DNA of 63,034 nucleotides from an uncultured Bacilli bacterium (GTDB lineage Bacteria; Bacillota_I; Bacilli_A; RF39; UBA660): NCBI GenBank assembly GCA_944358145.1, contig CALVQO010000001.1, positions 1 to 63,034 of the forward strand, read 5' to 3'. Shown piece by piece: positions 19,224 to 27,218 of this stretch (position 1 is its first letter; each line of letters starts with the position of its first letter). The notes under the pieces were generated by a model. It saw only the letters and a program-made list of their open reading frames with translations, ran no database searches and was not told where the DNA came from. The position numbers and the translations under genes were made by a program.

Positions 19224-19324
19224 AAATAACTGTTATTCATTTTAGTGGTAGCGCCTGCTTCATTTTGTAAGTAGTTTAAACTGCTTCTGTATTCAGGGGG
19301 TTTAATCGAAAGCAGGGAGTGTAT

Positions 19325-19408
19325 TTGAACGAAGAAATAAAGTATTTGTTTATTATAATAATTATGCTCATCTCCATTATTGGTGATGAGCATAAAAAAA
19401 GTCGCTAG
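19325..19408 (+). CDS. candidate type I toxin: 27-aa hydrophobic peptide (MNEEIKYLFIIIIMLISIIGDEHKKSR)
   Basis: TTG start 5 nt after GGGAG. One TM-length hydrophobic stretch plus a charged tail. It is embedded in a structured transcript with 5-prime/3-prime pairing (19245-19256 with 19437-19449) and a convergent antisense unit. Confidence 0.4.
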   Translation: MNEEIKYLFIIIIMLISIIGDEHKKSR

Positions 19409-19468
19409 CCATAAGGCATAGCGTCAACTGAAAAGTAGGCGCTATCCACTTTGGTGGATAACACTTAC
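19394..19468 (-). ncRNA. candidate antisense antitoxin sRNA (about 75 nt)
   Basis: Minus-strand promoter TTGTTT (19498-19503), 17 nt, TATATT (19475-19480). Hairpin TATCCAC-CAAA-GTGGATA. Terminator GCTATGCC-TTAT-GGCTAGC followed by GAC and T7, ending about 19394. It overlaps the last 5 codons and the 3-prime UTR of the peptide ORF. Confidence 0.4.
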
Positions 19469-19619
19469 GTATTAAATATAACATATTAAAGGGCAATAAA
19501 CAAGAAAAATTGAATGTTTAACTATAAAATTTTTTGACACCTTTTGCCATTGTTTTAGATAAATGTTATTGAGTTAGAAGGGAATTTATGATAATATAAT
19601 TATATAAGGAGGATTTGTT

Positions 19620-20171
19620 ATGTGGATAGCTATTGTTATTATTGTTATTGTTGTTTTAATTCTTTTGTGGGCTGTTGCAACTTATAACTCTTTAGTAGAT
19701 TTTCGAAATAGAGTAAAAGATGCTTGGAGTCAAATTGATGTTCAATTGAAAAGAAGATTTGATTTAATTCCAAATTTAGTAGAGACTGTTAAAGGTTATA
19801 CGAAGCATGAAAATGAAACTTTAGAAGAAGTAATTAAGGCTCGTAATACTTATTTATCTGCTAGTTTACCGGAAGATCAATTGAAAGCTGATGGAGAGTT
19901 AACTAATGCTATAAATAAGTTATTTGCTTTATCAGAAAATTATCCTGATTTGAAGGCTAATCAAAATTTCCAACAATTACAACAAGAATTACAACAAACT
20001 GAAGATAAAATTGCAATGTCTAGACAATTTTATAATGATATTGTTATGCAATATAATAATAAAATTGAAATGGTACCATCAAATATTATTGCAGGATTAT
20101 TTAAGTTTAAGCAAGAGAAGTTCTTTGAAGCTCAAGAGAGTGAAAAAGAAAACGTTAAAGTACAGTTTTAA
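19620..20171 (+). CDS. lemA: LemA family protein
   Basis: N-terminal TM. YNSLV..RN.V..AWSQIDVQLKRRFDLIPNLVETVKGY is the LemA signature. Confidence 0.9.
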   Translation: MWIAIVIIVIVVLILLWAVATYNSLVDFRNRVKDAWSQIDVQLKRRFDLIPNLVETVKGYTKHENETLEEVIKARNTYLSASLPEDQLKADGELTNAINKLFALSENYPDLKANQNFQQLQQELQQTEDKIAMSRQFYNDIVMQYNNKIEMVPSNIIAGLFKFKQEKFFEAQESEKENVKVQF

Positions 20172-20208
20172 GGTTACCAAAAGGTATACCTTTTTTTGAA
20201 AGGAATTT

Positions 20209-22122
20209 ATGATGAAAAGAGTTTTATTGGGTTTAATATTGTTTTTTGTTCCATCAATGGTTAGTGCTGTAAATGTAGAAGTAACTGATTATTTGGTTGA
20301 TGCTTATATTTTAGAAAATGGGGATGTTGAAGTTCATGAACTTATTGTTGCTGATGGTACTTTTAATTATTTTGAAAGAGATTTATTTTATCAAAATAGT
20401 GCTTTAGAAGAAGGAGATAGTTTAGCTAATAATGCTATATATAATGCTACAGATATTAGTGATGTTACTATTCAAGCTAAAGAGGTTGATCAAGTCTCTT
20501 TTGATACAATTCAGGATACAGATTTTAATGATTTTGATTTAGTTAGTTATGCTTCAAATGGAGATAAGGGCAAATATACAGAAAGTTATTTATCTAATGG
20601 ATATCGTTATCGGATGTATTATTATACTGATCATCGTAAAACTGCTTTTTTAATTTCTTATACGATAGAGGATGCTGTTGTTTTACATGAAGATGTTGCT
20701 GAACTTTATTGGACTTTTGTTCCTGATGGTTTTGAAGAAACACTTAGAAATGTAGAAATTCAAGTTCATTTACCAGGAGAAGATACTAGTGATTTATTTC
20801 GGTTTTGGGCTCATGGAAATTTAGATGGATTAGTTGAGAAAATTGGAAATCAGGGAGTTAAAGCAACAATTAGTGAAGTTTTACCTGGAGAATCAGTAGA
20901 TGTTCGTCTTACTTTTAATCTAGATTTAGTAAATAGTGATGAAGTTGCTAAACATAGCTATATTACAACTTTAGATGATATTATTGCTGTTGAAACACAA
21001 AGAGCAGATGCAGCTAATCTACTTCGAAAAGATTTACTAAGTAAAAGGACTACAGCGGTTTGGATTTCTTGGATTATGATTGGTAGTATTCTTGTTTTGG
21101 GGATAATTATTTATTTTAAATATGGAAAAAGTCCTAAATCTAGTTATTATTCTAAATATAATCGAGAATTTATTGAAGATTATAATGTTGAAGTTATTGA
21201 TTATTTGATGAATCGTAAGATTACTCCTAATGCTTTATCTGCTTCAATTATGAATTTAATTTATAAAAAGAATATTAGTGCTAAAGAAATTGATGGAAGT
21301 AAAAAAGGTAAAGATTATGAATTTACTTTATTCAATATTGAAAAGTTAAATGATAGTGAAATTATGTTAGTGGAATTTTTGTTTGATACGGTTGGTAAAA
21401 AGAAAGTCAATGAAGCAAATCAAAAAATTTTTACTACTAAAGATTTAAAAAGTTATGCTAGTGGAACAAAAACGTGTAATGCTTTTATTAAAAGTTATAC
21501 TGCTTGGAAAAATAATGTGTTGCAAAAAGGAATTGATGAGAAATTTTTTGAAACAAGTGGAGTTCCTAAGATTATTGGAATTATTATTTTGTTTATTGCT
21601 ATTTTCTTGTTAATGTATATTGTTAATTATGGAATAGATTATGTACCTTGTTATATTGCCATATTATTGGGAGTTATTTTCTTCCTTTATACTTTAGTTA
21701 TTTATAAAAAAACTAAAAAGGGAAGTGAACATTATGCAAGATGGAATGCTTTTAAAAATTTTTTGAATGATTTTGGTTCATTTGAACTTAAGGAATTGCC
21801 AGAAATTATTTTGTGGGAAAGATATTTAGTTTATGCGACTGTTTTTGGGTTAGCAGATACTGTAGAAAAAAGTATGAATGTTTATATTAGTGAAATGGAT
21901 ATGTCTCAAGTCTCAGCTGATTACTATCCTATGTTTTTCTATATTAATATTGGACCTACTATACATTCTAGTGTAAATCAAGCGATAACAAGTGCTTATA
22001 ATAGACAAGCTGCTAATTATGCTAATACTCACTCTAGTAGTTCTAGTGGAGGAGGATTTGGTGGAGGATTTTCTAGTGGCGGAGGCTTCGGCGGAGGCGG
22101 AGGCGGAGGCCGTTTTGGTTAA
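20209..22122 (+). CDS. DUF2207-domain membrane protein (LemA partner) with Gly-rich C-terminal tail
   Basis: Signal peptide, a large ectodomain, several TMs, and C-terminal SSGGGFGGGFSSGGGFGGGGGGGRFG. It has the classic lemA-adjacent position. Confidence 0.75.
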   Translation: MMKRVLLGLILFFVPSMVSAVNVEVTDYLVDAYILENGDVEVHELIVADGTFNYFERDLFYQNSALEEGDSLANNAIYNATDISDVTIQAKEVDQVSFDTIQDTDFNDFDLVSYASNGDKGKYTESYLSNGYRYRMYYYTDHRKTAFLISYTIEDAVVLHEDVAELYWTFVPDGFEETLRNVEIQVHLPGEDTSDLFRFWAHGNLDGLVEKIGNQGVKATISEVLPGESVDVRLTFNLDLVNSDEVAKHSYITTLDDIIAVETQRADAANLLRKDLLSKRTTAVWISWIMIGSILVLGIIIYFKYGKSPKSSYYSKYNREFIEDYNVEVIDYLMNRKITPNALSASIMNLIYKKNISAKEIDGSKKGKDYEFTLFNIEKLNDSEIMLVEFLFDTVGKKKVNEANQKIFTTKDLKSYASGTKTCNAFIKSYTAWKNNVLQKGIDEKFFETSGVPKIIGIIILFIAIFLLMYIVNYGIDYVPCYIAILLGVIFFLYTLVIYKKTKKGSEHYARWNAFKNFLNDFGSFELKELPEIILWERYLVYATVFGLADTVEKSMNVYISEMDMSQVSADYYPMFFYINIGPTIHSSVNQAITSAYNRQAANYANTHSSSSSGGGFGGGFSSGGGFGGGGGGGRFG

Positions 22123-22131
22123 TTCTAATAT

Positions 22132-22165
22132 AAAAATACTAAGCTTATTCTTGCTTAGTATTTTT
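22132..22165. terminator. bidirectional terminator between convergent genes
   Basis: AAAAATACTAAGC-8 nt-GCTTAGTATTTTT perfect inverted repeat with A/T runs on both sides. It overlaps the last codons of the minus-strand gene. Confidence 0.7.
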
Positions 22166-23092
22166 TAGTTCTGAATAGATGGTTTCATCAAAAATATGGT
22201 CTTTGCTAGTAATGTTACTATCAGCAGTAATTAATTCTTCGGTATCAATTAAAAAGTATTTGTGATATAAGTAATTTTTGCCATCACTACTTACGGGATC
22301 ATCCCAGGTTAAGTCTAAATGTAACCACTCATCATTTATTTTTACGGCGTTCCATATATGACCTTCTGTGGTGGAATTAAGAGTTTCTGTAGTAGCAACT
22401 TTATAATTATCATATCCCATTTCTGTTAAAAATATTGCCATTAAATCAGTATATCCATTGCAAGTAGCTAGATGATTAAATAGAGGGCCATACGCAGTAT
22501 AACTTTTCGTTTCTTCTTTATTTTCTAAATCATATTCGGTATTATTAATAATGTAATCATGAACTGCTTTTATTTTGTCATAATCTTCTGTTAAATCTGG
22601 TGTAATTAAAGTATTAATTAGTTCTTTTACTTTCTTTTCAATTTGTTCTATATCCTCTTTGCTATATAAATAATTTACTTTAATAATAATTTCCCCAGAA
22701 TCAGAAATGGTTGCTTCTATGCTGGAAAAAGAATTAAAAGGATGAACAAAATTGTTGAGATGAGTAAGTAGGGTTTTATCCTTTGTTATTTCTTTAATAT
22801 CACTTATACAGTCAGTGTATTCTTTAGGACAATAAAAGGTAAAATTAGTTGTTCCACTATTGATAATGGAATACATTATATTTAATATGTCTTCTATTCC
22901 ATAGGGAGTAAAACTATCTGTATTAGATACAAAGATATAATTGTTTTTTTTGTAATAATCATTTTCTATTTCGATTTTATGAGTTGTTGTTTGATTTAAA
23001 AAAAAGATTATCCAATCGGTTATTTTATCTATACTTAGTAAAACTACTAAAATACAAATTATACAAATAATTGGAACGAGCATTTTTTTCAT
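22145..23092 (-). CDS. membrane-anchored transglutaminase-like (cysteine protease fold) protein
   Basis: Cys-His-Asp core: ATCNGYTDLMAIF, EGHIWNAV, HLDLTWDD. The MKKMLVPII start follows AGGTGA, so the ORF-track start at 23137 is unlikely. Confidence 0.75.
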   Translation of the reverse strand: MKKMLVPIICIICILVVLLSIDKITDWIIFFLNQTTTHKIEIENDYYKKNNYIFVSNTDSFTPYGIEDILNIMYSIINSGTTNFTFYCPKEYTDCISDIKEITKDKTLLTHLNNFVHPFNSFSSIEATISDSGEIIIKVNYLYSKEDIEQIEKKVKELINTLITPDLTEDYDKIKAVHDYIINNTEYDLENKEETKSYTAYGPLFNHLATCNGYTDLMAIFLTEMGYDNYKVATTETLNSTTEGHIWNAVKINDEWLHLDLTWDDPVSSDGKNYLYHKYFLIDTEELITADSNITSKDHIFDETIYSELKNTKQE

Positions 23093-23145
23093 ATGATCAC
23101 CTAATATAAGTATAACAAAAAAAAATGAAGCCAACAATCATTTTG

Positions 23146-23409
23146 TTACTTCATATTTTTAATTTTTAAAGATAATCTTGATTTTTGTCTATCAGATGTA
23201 TTTTTATGTACTAAACCTTTACTTACAGCTTGGTCTAAATATTTTTGTACATCTCCAAATAGAAGACTTGCTTTTTCATGATCATTTGCTGCTATAGCTT
23301 TTTCTGTATCTTTAATTAGATTTTTTACTCTAGCTTTAAGTTCATGATTATTTTCTGTCTTCTTTGCTATAACCTTGATTGCTTTCTTAGAGCTTTTAAT
23401 ATTTGCCAT
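23146..23409 (-). CDS. rpsT: 30S ribosomal protein S20
   Basis: MANIKSSKKAIKV N-terminus, 87 aa, basic helical protein. Confidence 0.9.
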   Translation of the reverse strand: MANIKSSKKAIKVIAKKTENNHELKARVKNLIKDTEKAIAANDHEKASLLFGDVQKYLDQAVSKGLVHKNTSDRQKSRLSLKIKNMK

Positions 23410-23484
23410 TTTTAAACTCCTCTCTTGATATCAGTATTCATTTTAACAAAATATTCGATATTTTTCAAGTTTTTTAGTGATAAT

Positions 23485-23513
23485 TTGACTTATATATGAT
23501 TAAATGTTACAAT
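23485..23513 (+). promoter_or_regulatory. sigma-A-type promoter
   Basis: TTGACT, 17 nt, TACAAT. It covers the ATG at 23504 used by the ORF track, which argues for the downstream start at 23567. Confidence 0.6.
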
Positions 23514-23566
23514 ATTTCCATTATTTTATATGTTTTTTTTATAAATGTATGATTAAAGGGGCTAAT

Positions 23567-24094
23567 ATGTTTAATATTTTATATCGTTATTTTGCAGATC
23601 CTGTATCAGATTTATCAGAAGAAGATCGTCATATTATTGATAAGTTATATCAGCATTTATCTGGAGAAATTCAAATTAGAATTAGAAAATATTTGCTTAA
23701 AGAATATGCACCACATGAAATTCAATATAAGAGAGCTTCTTCTAATTTACAATGTTTAAAAGTTGAATTTAAAAACTATAAAGAAATATTAAAAGCTAAA
23801 GGACAGCTTTATGATTATTTTAGAATTATTGATAGTAATTTAACTGATATAGATTATCAAGTTATTGATACTTTATTTGGTTGTCTTCCTTATGATAGGC
23901 AGGAAGGAATTTTAAAATATATAAAAAAGAAAAGTAAAAATTATGTTGGTAAACGAGCATTAAATGATTTGCAAATTTTACAAGAACAATTTAGAGATTA
24001 TAAAAGAAATTGTTTAGAAAAGAGAAAAAAATTATTAGTTGTTTTAAAGCAAATTTTAAATCAGAAGAAAGAAGAGCAAATACTTCAAAGATGA
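23567..24094 (+). CDS. hypothetical protein with internal two-fold repeat
   Basis: ATG 23567 follows AAAGGGGC. Two about 85-aa repeats: DLSEEDRHIIDKLY...LQCLKVEFKNYKE and NLTDIDYQVIDTLF...LQILQEQFRDYKR. Confidence 0.55.
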   Translation: MFNILYRYFADPVSDLSEEDRHIIDKLYQHLSGEIQIRIRKYLLKEYAPHEIQYKRASSNLQCLKVEFKNYKEILKAKGQLYDYFRIIDSNLTDIDYQVIDTLFGCLPYDRQEGILKYIKKKSKNYVGKRALNDLQILQEQFRDYKRNCLEKRKKLLVVLKQILNQKKEEQILQR

Positions 24095-24148
24095 GTTGAT
24101 AGAAGTATATCTTCTTTTTTTCATTCCATAATAATAAGGGTGTTAGTA

Positions 24149-24877
24149 ATGAAAAGAATGTTTATGGATGCTTCTAAAGTGTTAAAAGATCATCGCTTTA
24201 AGATAGATGAAAAAAAATATCGGGGATATCGAGTTAATCATTTTTGTGTTGATTATCGAAGTGAGAAGTTAGTTAGAAGAATTAGAGGAGAATATTATAC
24301 GATTACTTTTGATTATATTAGTTTGCATCAAAAATCAAAAATGATTAAAAGGGAATTAATTAAAATTCTTAAAGTTTTATTTAAAGATTTAAAAACTACT
24401 GATCCTTTAATTATTGGACTTGGTAATTCTAGTATTTTATGTGATAGTTTAGGGGTTAGTACAACGAATAAAGTGATGGCAACTAATCATTTTACTGATT
24501 TTTTAAATATACCTAAAGTAGCTTTGTTTAATCCTCAAGTTATAGAAAAAACAGGAATTAGTTCTTTTAGTTTAATTGAAATGGTGGTTAGAAAATTGAA
24601 ACCTAGTGTGATTATTATGATCGATTCACTTGCCACTAATCAAAAAGAATATTTAAATAATTCTATTGAAATTAATAATACAGGAATTATTCCCGGAAGT
24701 GCAATTAAAGATAATAAGAAAATTGATGGTAATACTTTTGGAATTCCGGTTATTGCTATTGGGGTGCCTTTAGTACTTGAGTTAGGTAAGAATATGTATA
24801 CTACACCGAATGTTGGAGAGGTTATTGATATTGCTAGTTCAATTATTGGAGAAGCTTTAAATGATTTATTTTTTTAA
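24149..24877 (+). CDS. gpr: GPR-type germination protease (short form)
   Basis: LIIGLGNSSILCDSLG, IMIDSLATN, INNTGIIPGSAI and GIPVIAIGVPLV align with the Gpr motifs VGLGNWNVTPDALG, AIDALAARS, ISDTGIHPGSG and GIPVIAVGVPTV. It has the rpsT-gpr-spoIIP synteny. Confidence 0.8.
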   Translation: MKRMFMDASKVLKDHRFKIDEKKYRGYRVNHFCVDYRSEKLVRRIRGEYYTITFDYISLHQKSKMIKRELIKILKVLFKDLKTTDPLIIGLGNSSILCDSLGVSTTNKVMATNHFTDFLNIPKVALFNPQVIEKTGISSFSLIEMVVRKLKPSVIIMIDSLATNQKEYLNNSIEINNTGIIPGSAIKDNKKIDGNTFGIPVIAIGVPLVLELGKNMYTTPNVGEVIDIASSIIGEALNDLFF

Positions 24878-24945
24878 GCTTCTTTTTTCTTGCTTCGACA
24901 TAATTTTTAGGCACTTTATACTATAATTATAGTGGGTGAGAATAA

Positions 24946-25881
24946 ATGAAGCAATTTATAACAAAGAAGAAAATAAAAGTTCCAAGATATAAACTTTGTT
25001 ATTTTGTTTTGGCATTTAGTATTTTTTTGATTTTTGGGGTTAATTTGCTTCTTAATGTATTACTAAATCATACTAGTCAAGATGGTTTTTTGAATGTTTT
25101 TGTGGGTAATTCTTTTGGAAATATTATGGATTATCGTTTATCTAATTTAAATGAGACTTATTTTTATCATAATTCTTTTGGATTATCTATGGAAGAAGAT
25201 AAAACAGTGATGAAGGATTATGGATCTTTAAAAGATATTCAGGAAGAAGAATTAAGAGAATTGGTTTATTTATATAATACATTTCAAACCGATAAATATA
25301 AAAGTAATTACTTTAATAGTTATAGTATAAGTTCTTATGTTACACAAGCTAGTTTTATATTGAAGGAATATTTAGCAGTATATCATGTTGGGAGTTTAGT
25401 AGAAGAAGAGAGTGTAGTGAAAGTAGCTAAAGAACAAAATATTCCTTATACAAATAGTTATGCTGCTTCAAGAATATTATTAGAAAGACGAGTAGAGGAA
25501 CATCCTAGTTTGACTTATTATTTTGATTTACAATTATCGGATTATGATTATGAGGAAACTACGGTAGAAATAGATGGGGTTAGTTATGCTAAAATACTTT
25601 TTGTTGTTGGTACACAACAGGGAAATTATCTTTTTAATCAAAGTTTTGCCACTAGATTAAATGAGATTTTATTAGATATTCAACCTGACTTGTCAAGAGG
25701 GGTTAGTTTAAGAGGTGGAGTTGGTTATCAAGGGGTTTATAATCAAGATTTTTCACCCCATGCTTTGCTCATTCAAGTTGGTGGGATACATAATACTATT
25801 GATGAAGTTAATCGTTCATTGAAAGTTTTAGCTCGTGTAATTGCTAGTTATATTGAGGAGGTAAATCTTGAAGAAGAATAA
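24946..25881 (+). CDS. spoIIP: stage II sporulation protein P (amidase)
   Basis: N-terminal TM. ALLIQVGGIHNTIDEVNRSLKVLARVI matches the conserved SpoIIP C-terminal block. It is positioned after gpr. Confidence 0.8.
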   Translation: MKQFITKKKIKVPRYKLCYFVLAFSIFLIFGVNLLLNVLLNHTSQDGFLNVFVGNSFGNIMDYRLSNLNETYFYHNSFGLSMEEDKTVMKDYGSLKDIQEEELRELVYLYNTFQTDKYKSNYFNSYSISSYVTQASFILKEYLAVYHVGSLVEEESVVKVAKEQNIPYTNSYAASRILLERRVEEHPSLTYYFDLQLSDYDYEETTVEIDGVSYAKILFVVGTQQGNYLFNQSFATRLNEILLDIQPDLSRGVSLRGGVGYQGVYNQDFSPHALLIQVGGIHNTIDEVNRSLKVLARVIASYIEEVNLEEE

Positions 25882-26197
25882 TAAGAGTAAATATTTTTTT
25901 CGAATTTTATTTTGTTTTTTTCTTGTTTATGTAGCTCTTTTAATCGCTTATGAATCTGGTTATTATGAAACGAGAATGGGAAATCGAGCAGTGTTAACTA
26001 AAGAGGCAATGGAAAATTTCGAGGAAGATGTAGAAAATGGAGAAGTTGTTGATATAAAAGATTATTTAAAAAGTGATAGTGTAGATTATTCTAATGGTGT
26101 TACTAAGTTTGGAAATAAGATTTCTAATGGAATTAGTGAAGTCATGACTAAGGGGTTATCTGGATTATTTGAAACTTTAAAAGGGTTATTTTGGTAA
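25868..26197 (+). CDS. YqxA-like (DUF3679) small membrane protein
   Basis: 109 aa with one N-terminal TM. TTG start 6 nt after GAGGAGG, overlapping the spoIIP end. The position matches Bacillus yqxA. Confidence 0.55.
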   Translation: MKKNNKSKYFFRILFCFFLVYVALLIAYESGYYETRMGNRAVLTKEAMENFEEDVENGEVVDIKDYLKSDSVDYSNGVTKFGNKISNGISEVMTKGLSGLFETLKGLFW

Positions 26198-26200
26198 GAA

Positions 26201-26290
26201 AAAAGAAGTGGCAGTGCTTAATTGATTGAGTTAAACTATAACTCTTATATTAAAGAATAAATCAATTAAGGCTTATATGCCACTTCTTTT
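26201..26290. terminator. long compound inverted repeat / bidirectional terminator
   Basis: AAAAGAAGTGGCA ... TGCCACTTCTTTT (13 bp) enclosing CTTAATTGATT ... AATCAATTAAG (11 bp), between convergent genes. Confidence 0.7.
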
Positions 26291-27015
26291 TATAGTTTAA
26301 TTTTAGCATTAATGGCTTTCGTTGTCAATTGTTTTTCTTCATTTACACCAAAAGTTTTAGAGGGGAATTTACTTTCAAAAATTATGGAGGGTTTTATTAG
26401 CTTATAGTAGTCATTTATTTTACTATTATATTTTTTATAAAGAGAATTAGCAATAATATCTGCCCATTCAATTAAGTAACATTTTTTAGATTCCATGTAA
26501 TGAATTATGAATTCAATTCTGGATACTTCATTATTTTGTTCTAAACTTTCTAATACTAGTTTATTGTAGAGGTAGGACTTTAGTGATAATCTGTTTCCTA
26601 TTTTTACAGAACGATTATCTAAATATAAGTTTATTTTTTCTAAATGGGGATAGTCTTGTAATAGTTTCTTTACAATTAATTGGACTAAGTAATTATAACA
26701 AGCATTTTTATCATCAGCTTTTTTTAATAACATGGTTGTATGATTTAAATCTAAAATGATATATCTTATTTTGATTCCTTTGTATAAAATACTATTAATT
26801 AGTTCTATTCTTTGTTCATCTTTTAATTTCCATCCTTTGATTTCTTCTGCTTTAGGAATATTATATTTAATTTTAAATCGGTTAATTATACGACCTGCTC
26901 TTTTTCCTAGGGCTTTAACTTCATTTGCTTTTACTTCTAAAGCACATATGAGAAAATATCTTCCAGAGGATCCCAAGTTTCCTGATTCATCCATATATAA
27001 GTTAATTGACTTCAT
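26290..27015 (-). CDS. DUF3800 domain protein
   Basis: N-terminal INLYMDESGNLG followed by YFLICAL is the typical DUF3800 start. It is a 241-aa stand-alone gene. Confidence 0.7.
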   Translation of the reverse strand: MKSINLYMDESGNLGSSGRYFLICALEVKANEVKALGKRAGRIINRFKIKYNIPKAEEIKGWKLKDEQRIELINSILYKGIKIRYIILDLNHTTMLLKKADDKNACYNYLVQLIVKKLLQDYPHLEKINLYLDNRSVKIGNRLSLKSYLYNKLVLESLEQNNEVSRIEFIIHYMESKKCYLIEWADIIANSLYKKYNSKINDYYKLIKPSIIFESKFPSKTFGVNEEKQLTTKAINAKIKL

Positions 27016-27218
27016 TGCTTCACCTAGACCAATTATAGCGTATTTTTCTTTTTATTTCTATACTGTTAAAGGTTGTGTGAAAAGATTAATGCGAACTATG
27101 TCGATTAAAGTAAATGAAGACTTGAAATGTTACTATAATTAGATTAAAATAGAAATATCAACCAATGAGAATAATCTTGGGAAGATAGTCTGTGAACTTG
27201 TAAGAAGAAGGAATTTGT

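Noticed and set aside
19281-19322. UCAGGGGG...GAAAGCAGGGAG looked superficially like the SRP RNA helix-8 motif (CAGG...GGAA...AGCAG). A 6S RNA was also considered for the whole 19245-19460 fold.
   Set aside because: The inner stem and GNRA tetraloop of SRP RNA cannot be formed, and RNase P (GAGGAAAGTCC) and tmRNA hallmarks are absent. The small hydrophobic ORF plus the convergent terminated antisense unit fits a type I TA better. Only a covariance-model search can exclude 6S.
22081-22110. A GGAGGC/GGCGGA microsatellite-like run at the end of the DUF2207 gene.
   Set aside because: It simply encodes the Gly-rich C-terminal tail typical of DUF2207 proteins. It is in frame, and there is no evidence of phase variation.
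26756-27142. ORF 26756-27142(+), antisense to the DUF3800 gene.
   Set aside because: The DUF3800 frame has recognisable family motifs, while the antisense frame is low-complexity and lacks an RBS.
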